From Promethearchaeota archaeon (GTDB lineage: Archaea > Asgardarchaeota > Lokiarchaeia > Sigyniarchaeales > SOKP01), in NCBI GenBank assembly GCA_030606485.1, contig JAUWGH010000002.1, positions 60,001-92,000 of the forward strand: a DNA stretch of 32,000 nucleotides, in the 5' to 3' direction. Below the pieces are notes generated by a model. That model saw nothing but the letters and a program-made list of their open reading frames with translations, was not told where the DNA came from and did not search any database. Numbering within the stretch: position 1 is the first letter of the stretch; each line of letters opens with the position of its first letter. The position numbers and the translations under genes are program-made. Of this stretch, positions 16,978-26,900 are shown piece after piece.

Positions 16978-18213
16978 ATGTTTGTTGATTTCTTTTATTT
17001 TTTAAAGGGAAAATTACCAGTTAGCATAACGGAATTTTTAACATTATTAGAAGCATTTGATAAAGGACTTATTTCCGATATGGTTTCATATTATTATACT
17101 TGTCGGAGCATTTTGGTAAAATCAGAACATGATTTTGATTTGTTTGATAGATGTTTTGCTTCTTTTTATAAAGATATGGATGTAGAATTCCCCCAATCCA
17201 TAAAAGATGAGATATGGGATTGGTTAAATCAACCACTAGATTTTGATAATCTCCCTTTTCAACTTCAATTGCCACCAGGTATGATTCCTAAAGATCTAGA
17301 GGAATTAAGAGAATATTTTGAAAAAATTATGAAGGAACAAGATGAACCCCATAATTTTGGTAATCGTTTTATAGGACAAAAGGGAACATCTCCTTGGGGA
17401 CATTCTGGAAAAAACCCATTTGGTATCAGAGTTGGTGGCACTAGTGGTGCAAAAATGGCGGTTCAAATTGCAGAAAAAAGAATTTTCAAAGATTATCGAA
17501 AAGATATAGTTTTAGATACAAGGCAAATTAAAGTCGCTTTGAAGCGTTTGAAAAAATTAGAAGAAATTGGAAAGCAAGATGAGTTAGATCTAGATAAAAC
17601 AATTGATGAGACTTGCAAAAATTGCGGAGATATTGAATTAGTTTTTCATAAAAGAAGAAAAAACAACATAAAAGTACTATTACTTCTTGATGTAGGTGGT
17701 AGTATGACCCCTTATGCTACGCTTGTTAACAAATTATTTTCTGCTGCTCATCAATTATCTCATTTTCGTGATTTTAAATATTTTTATTTTCATAATTGTA
17801 TCTATGAACGATTATATGAGACCGCAGCTCGAGAAGATAATCGTAGTATTTTATTTGAAGATTTTATTCGTAAATATGATTCAAAATATAGAGCAATTAT
17901 TGTTGGAGACGCAGCGATGGCACCATATGAATTATCAGACCGATATGGTTCGATTTACTACTATCATCGCAATGAAATTCCGGGGGTGATTTATATGCAA
18001 AAATTAAAAGATCATTTTCCTTTCTCTGTATGGTTAAATCCAGAGATTATAAATCCCGATTGGGCATGTTATACCAGGAAAATATTATCCAAAATTTTCC
18101 CTATGTTCAATTTAACATTAGAAGGATTAGAAAAAGCAATGAATTATTTGCGCAAAGAAAGTAGACACCTCCCATCATCAACTAAAAGCATTACAGAGTT
18201 ATTATATCATTAA
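16978..18213 (+). CDS. VWA-domain (CoxE-like) partner of the MoxR ATPase
   Basis: LPVSITEFLTLLEA...RSILVKSE N-terminus; LLLLDVGGSMTPY MIDAS-like motif; YFYFHNCIYE, IIVGDAAMAPYEL, VWLNP; directly downstream of moxR. Confidence 0.85.
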   Translation: MFVDFFYFLKGKLPVSITEFLTLLEAFDKGLISDMVSYYYTCRSILVKSEHDFDLFDRCFASFYKDMDVEFPQSIKDEIWDWLNQPLDFDNLPFQLQLPPGMIPKDLEELREYFEKIMKEQDEPHNFGNRFIGQKGTSPWGHSGKNPFGIRVGGTSGAKMAVQIAEKRIFKDYRKDIVLDTRQIKVALKRLKKLEEIGKQDELDLDKTIDETCKNCGDIELVFHKRRKNNIKVLLLLDVGGSMTPYATLVNKLFSAAHQLSHFRDFKYFYFHNCIYERLYETAAREDNRSILFEDFIRKYDSKYRAIIVGDAAMAPYELSDRYGSIYYYHRNEIPGVIYMQKLKDHFPFSVWLNPEIINPDWACYTRKILSKIFPMFNLTLEGLEKAMNYLRKESRHLPSSTKSITELLYH

Positions 18214-18445
18214 ATTATTTAAAAGAAACGATTGAAAACATTCAACAACTTTTAAACTTGAGATATTAATATATTAATTCAATTATTTAATGTATTATTC
18301 AGTCAATGATTTTGTCGATTTTCACATATAGATTAATTACATTTTATCTCAACTGGACATCAAAGATCTTAAAATTTTTAATAAATATTCATATTATTTT
18401 ATTATTAATTAGAAATAATAAAAAATATTAAAAAAATGATTATTT

Positions 18446-18949
18446 ATGGGATTTAAAGAAACCTATGAAGCTATAAAAAAAGATATCAATGCTGGAGAGA
18501 AAAATTTTAATGTAGAATGCGAGATGTTATCTGAGGGTATGCAAACTAAAGTTTCTATGGGCGAAAAACCTCATGTAGTATTAATTGATGCTCCTGAAGG
18601 CTTAGGAGGAACAAATCAAGGACCTTCTCCTTTATTAGCAATTTTAGGTTCTATTGGGGCCTGTATTATTGCTGTTACAAAATTCTGGAGTATGATTCTT
18701 GATGTTCCTATAGAAGAGATGAAAGTCTTTTCTCGTGGTCATATTAATCTTGGTGCAATTTTTGGGCTCGATGATAATATGCTAACTGGTTATGATAAAC
18801 TAGAACCTGTTGTAAGAATCAAATCATCTGCTCCAAAAGAGAAAGTGGAAGAACTAATGGAGAAAGTGTTTAGCCACTGCCCTGTATTAACAAATTTTGC
18901 TGGAGCGTCAAAAATAACACCAAAAGTTCAAATACGGGGATTAGATTAG
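18446..18949 (+). CDS. OsmC/Ohr family protein
   Basis: IDAPEGLGGTNQGPSPL..ILGSIGAC and SHCPV (two-Cys pattern). Confidence 0.85.
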   Translation: MGFKETYEAIKKDINAGEKNFNVECEMLSEGMQTKVSMGEKPHVVLIDAPEGLGGTNQGPSPLLAILGSIGACIIAVTKFWSMILDVPIEEMKVFSRGHINLGAIFGLDDNMLTGYDKLEPVVRIKSSAPKEKVEELMEKVFSHCPVLTNFAGASKITPKVQIRGLD

Positions 18950-19282
18950 AAATTTCTTATAAGCAAACCAAAATCTATTATTTTTTTTATTTTTTAATAA
19001 AAATCTTCATGCTAAACTTTTAAAAATGAAGTTACTTCTATAATTCTTACAAAAATTTCTTAATTGGATGTGAAAATTATCCATATCTGATTTTAATATT
19101 CATAACTCATAAATTTATATCATTAAAAATTAAGAAAAAACCAATTATTTTAAGTAATTTAACTTAGTTTTGAATAATAATTCATCTAAAACAACTTAAT
19201 TATCAAAAAAGTAAAATTTATAAAAGAGTAAAAATTTTGTAACTCATAAATTCGAACTTAGATTAAGGTTTGGTGTAGCATT

Positions 19283-19582
19283 TTGTCGTTTGAAATATTA
19301 GAACTTATGAAAAAAAAGGGTTTTAAGGATACTTTACAAATTCTTTCAAAAAGAAAAGATTACAAGATAAATAAGCATACCTTCTATAAGGAATTAAACA
19401 AATTTTCTTATTACAATTCATTTTTGAGAGTCAAAGATATACTTTTAAATCGTGATATTATATATGTAAAAAAGAATAAAAACAAAAAGTTGGAAATATC
19501 CTTAACCCCGAAAGGTGTAGTTATATTAGAAAAAATAGAAGAATTAAATGAGCTATTTACCAAAGGGGACGGCATAATTTAG
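19283..19582 (+). CDS. Winged helix-turn-helix DNA-binding protein
   Basis: Small basic protein with the ...ISLTPKGVVILEKIEEL wing/helix pattern of archaeal wHTH regulators. Confidence 0.6.
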   Translation: MSFEILELMKKKGFKDTLQILSKRKDYKINKHTFYKELNKFSYYNSFLRVKDILLNRDIIYVKKNKNKKLEISLTPKGVVILEKIEELNELFTKGDGII

Positions 19583-19686
19583 ATTTTTCTTATATTTCTT
19601 TATTTTTTTTCGATTATTTAACAACGTTCTTAGAAATTTGATGAGTTCTAAAAAATTATAAAAAAATTAATAACCTTCAGTTAATT

Positions 19687-20319
19687 TTGAGATTTATGAT
19701 TCTTGAAAAGCTAATCGTGGGAATGTTGGCTACAAACTGTTATATCTTTGGTTCAGAAAAATCCAGAGAAGTAGTAATTATAGACCCTGGAGAAGAACCC
19801 AATCGAATAAAAACTATAGTTGATAATAATTCTTTAATTCCAATCGCAATTTTACTCACTCATGGACATTTTGATCATACAAGGGCAATGCGAGCTCTCA
19901 TTAGAACTTACCGCATTCCATTGATGTATAATGAGAAAGATAAAAAAATAGTGAAAAAAGAAGCAGGTAGATGGCTTAATGAAGGTGATATAGTCAAAGT
20001 GGGCGAATTTAATCTTTATGTATTAGAAACTCCAGGGCATAGTCCAGGAAGTGTATGTTTTTATACAAAAGATGTCAAATTTTATAAAAATCTTCCAGTT
20101 GAGGGAATCTTATTTTCTGGAGATTTGATTTTTAGAAGGAGTATTGGTAGATCCGATTTTGAAGGTGGTAATCAAAAACTCTTATTTGAAAGTATAAGAA
20201 ATAAAATTATGTATAATAAGGATCTTTCCGATAATTTTATTATATTTCCTGGGCATATGGGGAATACTACAATTGGAGAGGAACGTACAATGAATTTATT
20301 TAAAAATTATTTTTTATAA
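19687..20319 (+). CDS. Metallo-beta-lactamase-fold hydrolase (glyoxalase II-like)
   Basis: TNCY, IIDPG, LTHGHFDH, TPGHSPG, LFSGD, FPGH. Confidence 0.9.
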   Translation: MRFMILEKLIVGMLATNCYIFGSEKSREVVIIDPGEEPNRIKTIVDNNSLIPIAILLTHGHFDHTRAMRALIRTYRIPLMYNEKDKKIVKKEAGRWLNEGDIVKVGEFNLYVLETPGHSPGSVCFYTKDVKFYKNLPVEGILFSGDLIFRRSIGRSDFEGGNQKLLFESIRNKIMYNKDLSDNFIIFPGHMGNTTIGEERTMNLFKNYFL

Positions 20320-20322
20320 TTT

Positions 20323-21915
20323 TTACTGGATTTTCTTAAAATAATTAATATTGATATCTTGGAAACAAGTATCAATAGTTTCTATTGCTTCTAATTCTTG
20401 TAAACTAATTCTAGTTTTATCTTTCAAATCTTTTGCAGCCCATAATAATTTATTAAATCTTTGATGATGATTATGAAATCTCTGATTTGCATAATCTTTA
20501 GTTTGTTTAGTATAAAGTAGAAAGGGCCAATCACTCCCTTGCATTAAAAGTATTTCTCTCGCCATTTGCTTAAAAATTCGGCTACCCCATTCGTCAGGAT
20601 TGGAATTTGCTTCCAAAATTTTTTCGAATTCTATTATACTTGAGTTTATATACGGCCAAATCCAGATATGCTCCTTATTTTTCCACACTTGAAAGTAACC
20701 GCCCTCTCCCCAACTGCTCTGTCCCATTTTAATGATTGAAAATTCGGTTTCAAATTTTGAAACATAATCAGAAATTGTTGTCATGCCTATATTTTCACTT
20801 TCAGAGACTAATTCGAACACTTTTTTCAGCCAAGCAATCCCCTCCATCCACCAGTGCCCGTAGAGCTCAAAATCGTAGGGGGACAATATTATTCCCTTTT
20901 TATTAAAATTTTCATAGAAGAGAGGGATTTCTTGATTTAAAAGTGCAATAAAATGATTTGCTTGGTTTTGAACTGTTATATTAGCATCAAAAGGATTATA
21001 AAGGAATTTATTTTGGTAATTAACATCCTTTCCCGTAATTCTCCAATAATTTAAACCAGATTCGTGATCTTTTCTGTGAAACTCTCTATAGGCAGGATCG
21101 CCAGGATATCCAATCTTTGCGTCCCATACTTGCCTTCCAGTTTTTTCATTTCGCCCAAAAACTGAAACTCCGCTCTCTAATTTGTAACCGAAATTAGTAT
21201 ATAGTCCAATATTGTTTTTTTTCTCGAGAATTTCAGCGTTTAGTATTCCGTGAGTATCCACGAAAAAATACTTCAGACCGGAGTTATTCAACCAATAATC
21301 CAAGCTTTCTCTAACTGTTCCATCTTTTAATTCTTTAGGTCTATAAGCACATTCTGGAAGCCAAAATCCTACGGGGTCCTTGTTGAAATATTTTTTGTAT
21401 GTGTCCACACCAATTTGAATTTGTGAAAAAACTCCCGAATCGCTTTCCATAAGCGGTAAAAATCCATGAGTAGCTCCACTAGTTATTACTTCGACCATTC
21501 CTTCTTTTTGTAGCCATTTGAAGGTGCCTAAAATATCATTATAATAATTATGATAATAGGTGTGTCGAACCTTCTCATAGTTTTTTAGGTAGAATTCTGC
21601 AATTTTTTTCCTTTCTTGGTGGTTGTCGAATCGTTTTACATCTGATTTCGCTCGATTTATCCAGTCTTCCAAGTACTCAGAGAAACGTTGTTTCATGTAT
21701 TCGTCAGCCAGTTGTTCGGCTAAAATCGGTGTAATATTAACAGTAATATCAGTCTTTATTCCATCTTCTTTTAATTCTCGTAATACATTCAAGAAAGGAA
21801 TATAGCTCTCCATCAGAGCTTCATTTAACCAAATTTCTCCGGCTGGCCACACTCCGGACTTTTTACAATAAGGAATATGAGCATGTAAAACGAGTCCAAA
21901 ATACCCAAGAGTCAT
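20323..21915 (-). CDS. Glycoside hydrolase family 57 protein, 1,4-alpha-glucan branching enzyme type (DUF1957 C-terminus)
   Basis: LVLHAHIPY, SGATHGFLP, GFWLPECAY (nucleophile Glu), PYDFELYGHWWMEG (acid/base Asp), LMQGSDWPF. Confidence 0.9.
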   Translation of the reverse strand: MTLGYFGLVLHAHIPYCKKSGVWPAGEIWLNEALMESYIPFLNVLRELKEDGIKTDITVNITPILAEQLADEYMKQRFSEYLEDWINRAKSDVKRFDNHQERKKIAEFYLKNYEKVRHTYYHNYYNDILGTFKWLQKEGMVEVITSGATHGFLPLMESDSGVFSQIQIGVDTYKKYFNKDPVGFWLPECAYRPKELKDGTVRESLDYWLNNSGLKYFFVDTHGILNAEILEKKNNIGLYTNFGYKLESGVSVFGRNEKTGRQVWDAKIGYPGDPAYREFHRKDHESGLNYWRITGKDVNYQNKFLYNPFDANITVQNQANHFIALLNQEIPLFYENFNKKGIILSPYDFELYGHWWMEGIAWLKKVFELVSESENIGMTTISDYVSKFETEFSIIKMGQSSWGEGGYFQVWKNKEHIWIWPYINSSIIEFEKILEANSNPDEWGSRIFKQMAREILLMQGSDWPFLLYTKQTKDYANQRFHNHHQRFNKLLWAAKDLKDKTRISLQELEAIETIDTCFQDININYFKKIQ

Positions 21916-22014
21916 GTTAAACTATAAATCCATTTTATTAAATTAAATAATATGAATATATTAGAAAGTAGATAAATATATTTTTTCTATAAATAATTTT
22001 ATAAATAAATTTAT

Positions 22015-22914
22015 CTATAAGACAGGAGAGATGTAGATATTTCTACTATTATCTAAATTTTCATAATTTTCACATTTAGGTTCTTGTACATCATTATTGT
22101 TTTCTTGAGTTACTCTTTGCCAGATTTTTATCTTTTTTCTATTACACAGATATAAGACATATATCAATAGATCTACTAGATTTTGCCTATTTGGTTTATT
22201 AAGCAGGTCAAGGAAAGATATCGGCTCATTATCATATGCTTTTAAGAGTTTATTATAAAACTTTTGAATTCTTATATTTAGATTTTCTCGCTTTTCTTTT
22301 ATATTTTCAATAAGACTTTTAGGAAGAAAGTTGATTTGTTCCTTAAAATTATCTTTTGGTTTTCTGGATATTTTTTCTTTATCTTTGATTTTCATTACTT
22401 CTGTTAATGCCAGAGCTAAATCATTTAGATTAATCGCTTTATATACCATATTTTTGGGTGATTTCAGGCAAATTTCATTATTATTTATTTTTTGATTTAT
22501 TGTTCTTAAGTCTAAATGCCTATTAACTTCAGTTTTTTCAATATAATCATCAAGTATTTCATCTTCAAAATTATTTTCATTAATTTCCTCAATTTCTTCG
22601 ATACTATCTTGTGTATCAAGTGAATCATTTATGATACGTTTGGTTTTTGCTTTGAGTAAATAAGATGATGAGAATAGGATTTTACCACTTTTACGGAAAT
22701 TAATTTCTTCTTTTTCTTGCTTGATATCGTTAAGATAGTTTGTTAGCATAGTATCCAAATGGCAGTTCCAAATATTTCTTCTAATAATTTTCTTTAAACT
22801 CAATTCATTTAAAAGAAGATTATAATTTTGATTTGCAGAAAAGTCATTAATTAAGTCAATATTTTCTTTATTTAATAAAGACTGATTTATTAGACGATTA
22901 GGAACCTTTTCCAT
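22015..22914 (-). CDS. scpA: Segregation/condensation protein A (ScpA-like kleisin)
   Basis: IWNCHLDTMLTNYL...NFRKSGKILFSSSYLLKAKT N-terminal kleisin block, acidic linker, C-terminal winged helix LVDLLIYVLYLCNRKKIKIWQ. Confidence 0.7.
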   Translation of the reverse strand: MEKVPNRLINQSLLNKENIDLINDFSANQNYNLLLNELSLKKIIRRNIWNCHLDTMLTNYLNDIKQEKEEINFRKSGKILFSSSYLLKAKTKRIINDSLDTQDSIEEIEEINENNFEDEILDDYIEKTEVNRHLDLRTINQKINNNEICLKSPKNMVYKAINLNDLALALTEVMKIKDKEKISRKPKDNFKEQINFLPKSLIENIKEKRENLNIRIQKFYNKLLKAYDNEPISFLDLLNKPNRQNLVDLLIYVLYLCNRKKIKIWQRVTQENNNDVQEPKCENYENLDNSRNIYISPVL

Positions 22915-23081
22915 TAGTAGAAAACCAAGATCAGTTCATACAAAATTGTTTTTAAGCGAAGATTTAAATTTAATTTCTCTTATTAAAAAGATATATAAAA
23001 AAAATAAAATAAATAAATAATATCTGCGTAATATAAAATTTAACAAAGATATTTTTTAAAATGGATTAGGTCTTTTTAACA

Positions 23082-23366
23082 ATGATTGATTCAAAAGCAA
23101 TAAAAGCCATAATAAGACGATTTGAAGAAAAAGAAGGGGTTCGTGGCGTTATCATCGCAGATTCTAATGGTCTTCCAATCAAAAGTAATCTTGATATAGA
23201 AATTGCTGAAAATGTGAGTGCTTATATAACGTCTCTTATTGGGAAAGGAGAACAATGTGTTAAGTCCCTTCAAGAAGGAGATCTAAAATTTATAAGACTG
23301 GAAACTAGTAAAGGCGAGGTAATGGTCGCAAAAGAAGATATGTTTATTCTAATAGTTTTAAAATAA
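23082..23366 (+). CDS. Roadblock/LC7 domain protein, dynein light chain roadblock-like
   Basis: GVRGVIIADSNGLPIKS...DLKFIRLETSKGEVMVA...ILIVLK. Confidence 0.85.
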   Translation: MIDSKAIKAIIRRFEEKEGVRGVIIADSNGLPIKSNLDIEIAENVSAYITSLIGKGEQCVKSLQEGDLKFIRLETSKGEVMVAKEDMFILIVLK

Positions 23367-23607
23367 AAGTATATTTAAACTTTTTAAAAAATTCCATTTC
23401 ACAATTCTGTTTTTTATATAAAAACTGATTCTATATAATAAAGATGAGTTTTTGTGAAAATTTTCAATTATTTTGAATTTGAAATTTTGAACTAAAATGC
23501 CTTCTTAGATAAAATTTTAAATTAAAATAAAGGTATTAATATATTATTATATTCCATTAAAATGTATTAAGGTTTTTATAGAAAATAAAAATTGAAGTGT
23601 CAAATAA

Positions 23608-23964
23608 ATGGTTGATAAAGAAAAACTCGAACAATCTCTTGCAAGTTTGATGGATGCTGTAGAGGTATGTGAAGGATTGATCGCAGCTGATAATCAAGGT
23701 AATATAATTGTTGGTCAAACGTTAATAGAAATGGACCACAAGAAAATTGCATTAGACTGTGTTAATCTTATTAAGAATTGTGATGAGGTCGGAACAGATA
23801 TTTCAAAAGGTAAATTACAAGATATTACTCTTACTTTAAAAGATGGATTTTTAATATTGGTTGGATCAGAACAATTAATTTTAATCGCTTTAGCTGGAAA
23901 TGATGCATTATCTTCATTAGCACTAATAAGGCGTAACTTGATTAATGTTTTAAGTAATCAATAA
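23608..23964 (+). CDS. Roadblock/LC7 (MglB/LAMTOR-like) domain protein
   Basis: 118 aa; EGLIAADNQGNII...GKLQDITLTLKDGFLILV...LILIALA...SLALIRRNL roadblock pattern. Confidence 0.75.
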   Translation: MVDKEKLEQSLASLMDAVEVCEGLIAADNQGNIIVGQTLIEMDHKKIALDCVNLIKNCDEVGTDISKGKLQDITLTLKDGFLILVGSEQLILIALAGNDALSSLALIRRNLINVLSNQ

Positions 23965-23997
23965 TTTTTTCTTATATTTTTTATCGTATTTATATGC

Positions 23998-26900
23998 TTA
24001 TTTTATCTTTTCTTCTTTAAGAAGCTCATCTAAATCTTTTTTCTCTATTTCTTTTGCTCGTAATTCAGAAACTTTCACATATTTACCTTTTCTTTTTCTT
24101 TCAGGAGGTTTTTCAAAAATTTTCTCTATCTTTTTGTTTATTCTTACTCTATATAAGAGTGCTAATAAATAAAAACAGCCAATACCAATAAAAAGAAATA
24201 AAATTGATAATTGTACAATCTGAGTAAAGAGGGATTCATCATCTAAATCATATGTAAGAAAATTTTGAAATTCATTTTCTTCATTTGTCTGTATAGTTTT
24301 AAATGAAATATTGACTAGAATAGTAATATTATTATCATCAATATTAGGGATAGAAATTAAATAAGATATACCTGTAGTTTCTTCTGGTTTGAGGTAATTT
24401 AATTCATAATTATTGTATTTAGATAATGTATAGGAAAAATTTGTTATTAATGTAATATTAATATCTGTAAGTATAGACGTACCAACATTTTTTATTATTA
24501 TATCCATCTGATTCTCTTTATTTCGTAAAAATATTGTATTATTTGTTACAGATTCTAGGATAATTTCGTTTGAATAAATAATAAAATCAATAGTATAATT
24601 AATTTCAGAAGATAAGATATAAGAATTTCCAGTCCAATTCAATTTAATTTTTCCAGATGAATTTTTCGTAAATTGATTTGAATCTATCTCCATAATTGCC
24701 TTTCCATTTAGATCTGTAAGATTATGATTATCTCCATCGGTTCCTAAAAGTTCTTGCCAATTATTACTAGAGTTTAAAAAATAATAATGGATTTCTTCTC
24801 CACTTATAGGTCCTCCTTTCTCGTTTCGTAAATATGCTGTTAAATTAAATTTTTTACCCCAAATAACTTCGCTAGGATTAACTGACAAGTTTTGAAAACT
24901 GCTGTCAAGTTTAAACGAGAATGCTTTATTAATTTGATTTAATGTACTCATATAATATTCATCTATTATATTTATGAAGAAAGACGTAATTCCAGGTATA
25001 TTAAAGTCATCTCTACTAAAATTGAGAACCAGTCCTCTTGAAGTTATGCCTTCTAAATATTTAAAAGAGAGAATTTCCCCTTCAAAAACAGTTTCATTAT
25101 CTTTTATCATAATTGAATAATCATTATTTATCCAAGAACCACTAAATTCATCTTCAATATATACTTTAATTTTTGTTAGACAACCACCAAGTCTAATAGG
25201 TGAATTTATCCCGTTCCAAGTCCCATCTGGATTTTTATTATTTAAAGTTGCATTATAATAAAATTCATATGAATCATTAGGTGTTCCTGTAAAGTTTAGT
25301 AATTGATTTGGAGTATTTACTTCAGCGATGATCCAATTTGGATTAATTGGTGAAATTAATTGAATAGATAATCTTACGTTAAAGGGAAAATTTAAATCTT
25401 TATTTTTTACTTTAATCTTAAAAGAAATTTTTTCATCAGGACTTATAATCGTTTCATTTTGAAGAAAGTTAGTAATTTCTACAGTTAAATTATCAACATT
25501 TGAAAATTGCTCAGAGATTATATTATTAATTGTGAATTTATCTAATGTATTAATGCCTGTTGATTCTTTAACAGTTGTGATTAATATAGAGTAATTCGTT
25601 AAATCAGTATTAGCCCTAATTAGGTTTCCTTCAAAAATATTTCCTCCCTCCTCTTTATCATAAGTGCAATCAAGTATATTAAAGTCATAATCCGATAAAT
25701 AGAAAATTTTCTTTTTGCAGCCTACTGCAGTTCCATTTTTCCAAAAAAAACCAATTGTATAAGAACCTTTTTCGCTTAAAAAGGTTGAATTAAAAATATT
25801 CGAGTTATTGAAATCATAAGATGTAACATTAAAAGTATCATCAATTATTCCTTCAGAATCAGTTAGATTCCATATAACAAATTTTGTACCATTTGATAAA
25901 AATAAACTAGCATTTGCCATCCCATCAGAAACCGGTTTCCCATCATGATCTTGAACATTTAAACTTATTGAAACATTATCACCCAACATAAAACCATTAG
26001 TTGGCCAAGAATGTGAATTTTTAAAATGCAAATAAGTGGTCATATTATAAATACAGTTAAAACTGGTTAATTTGAGAGAATAAACACCATTATGATCTGG
26101 ATTTGAAGTATCGATGATAGTATCATTTTGGACAATATATTTCCCAAAAATACCATTTTCACTTAAAATACCTGCTGAACTTTCATCATATTTTGAAATA
26201 TTATCTGCACAGAGTAAATCGTATGAATTCCAATATAAAGGATATATATACCAAAACTCTAAGAACGACCAATTAGTAATGAAATAGCTGCTATCACTAT
26301 TGAAAGTATAGTTCAACTCCCATTTTGGAAGACTATTATAAGTACAATTATAATGCGCAGTTGCATTTTCCAGCGAATAAGCAGTGGCAGAATATGATAC
26401 GTTGAAAAATAGGTGAGAAGTTACACTTTTATTCCAATTTAAGGTGATTTCAAATCTTGCACCGTTTGATGTATTTATTGGTTCTTCAAATACTCCCGTC
26501 CATTTCCCTAAACCCCATGTATATGTTGAAGATTCATTGTATGGATAAGTGCTAATTTCCATATTTGACAATGTTTTATTCTCAAAAGTAATATCTAAAA
26601 TATCGTTGGGCATCCATCCCCTGGTTACATTAATGATGAAAGGACTTGCGTCAAAAAAATGATAGGATCCTTCATAAACTTTTACCCAAGAAGAACCATT
26701 ATCCTCCGTTTTTAGTAACAAATGATTATTTAAACCATCAGGATCACAACCTTGAAGTGGTGGAGCAGTCTGTGGCAAAATCATTAAATGAAAAGCGTCC
26801 GTGCTAATGTTTGATTTTATTATAAAAAAATAATTACTTACATTAAGATTTGTTATCGGTGTAGTAAAACTAAAATTTACTATTGAATCATCAGTATAAT

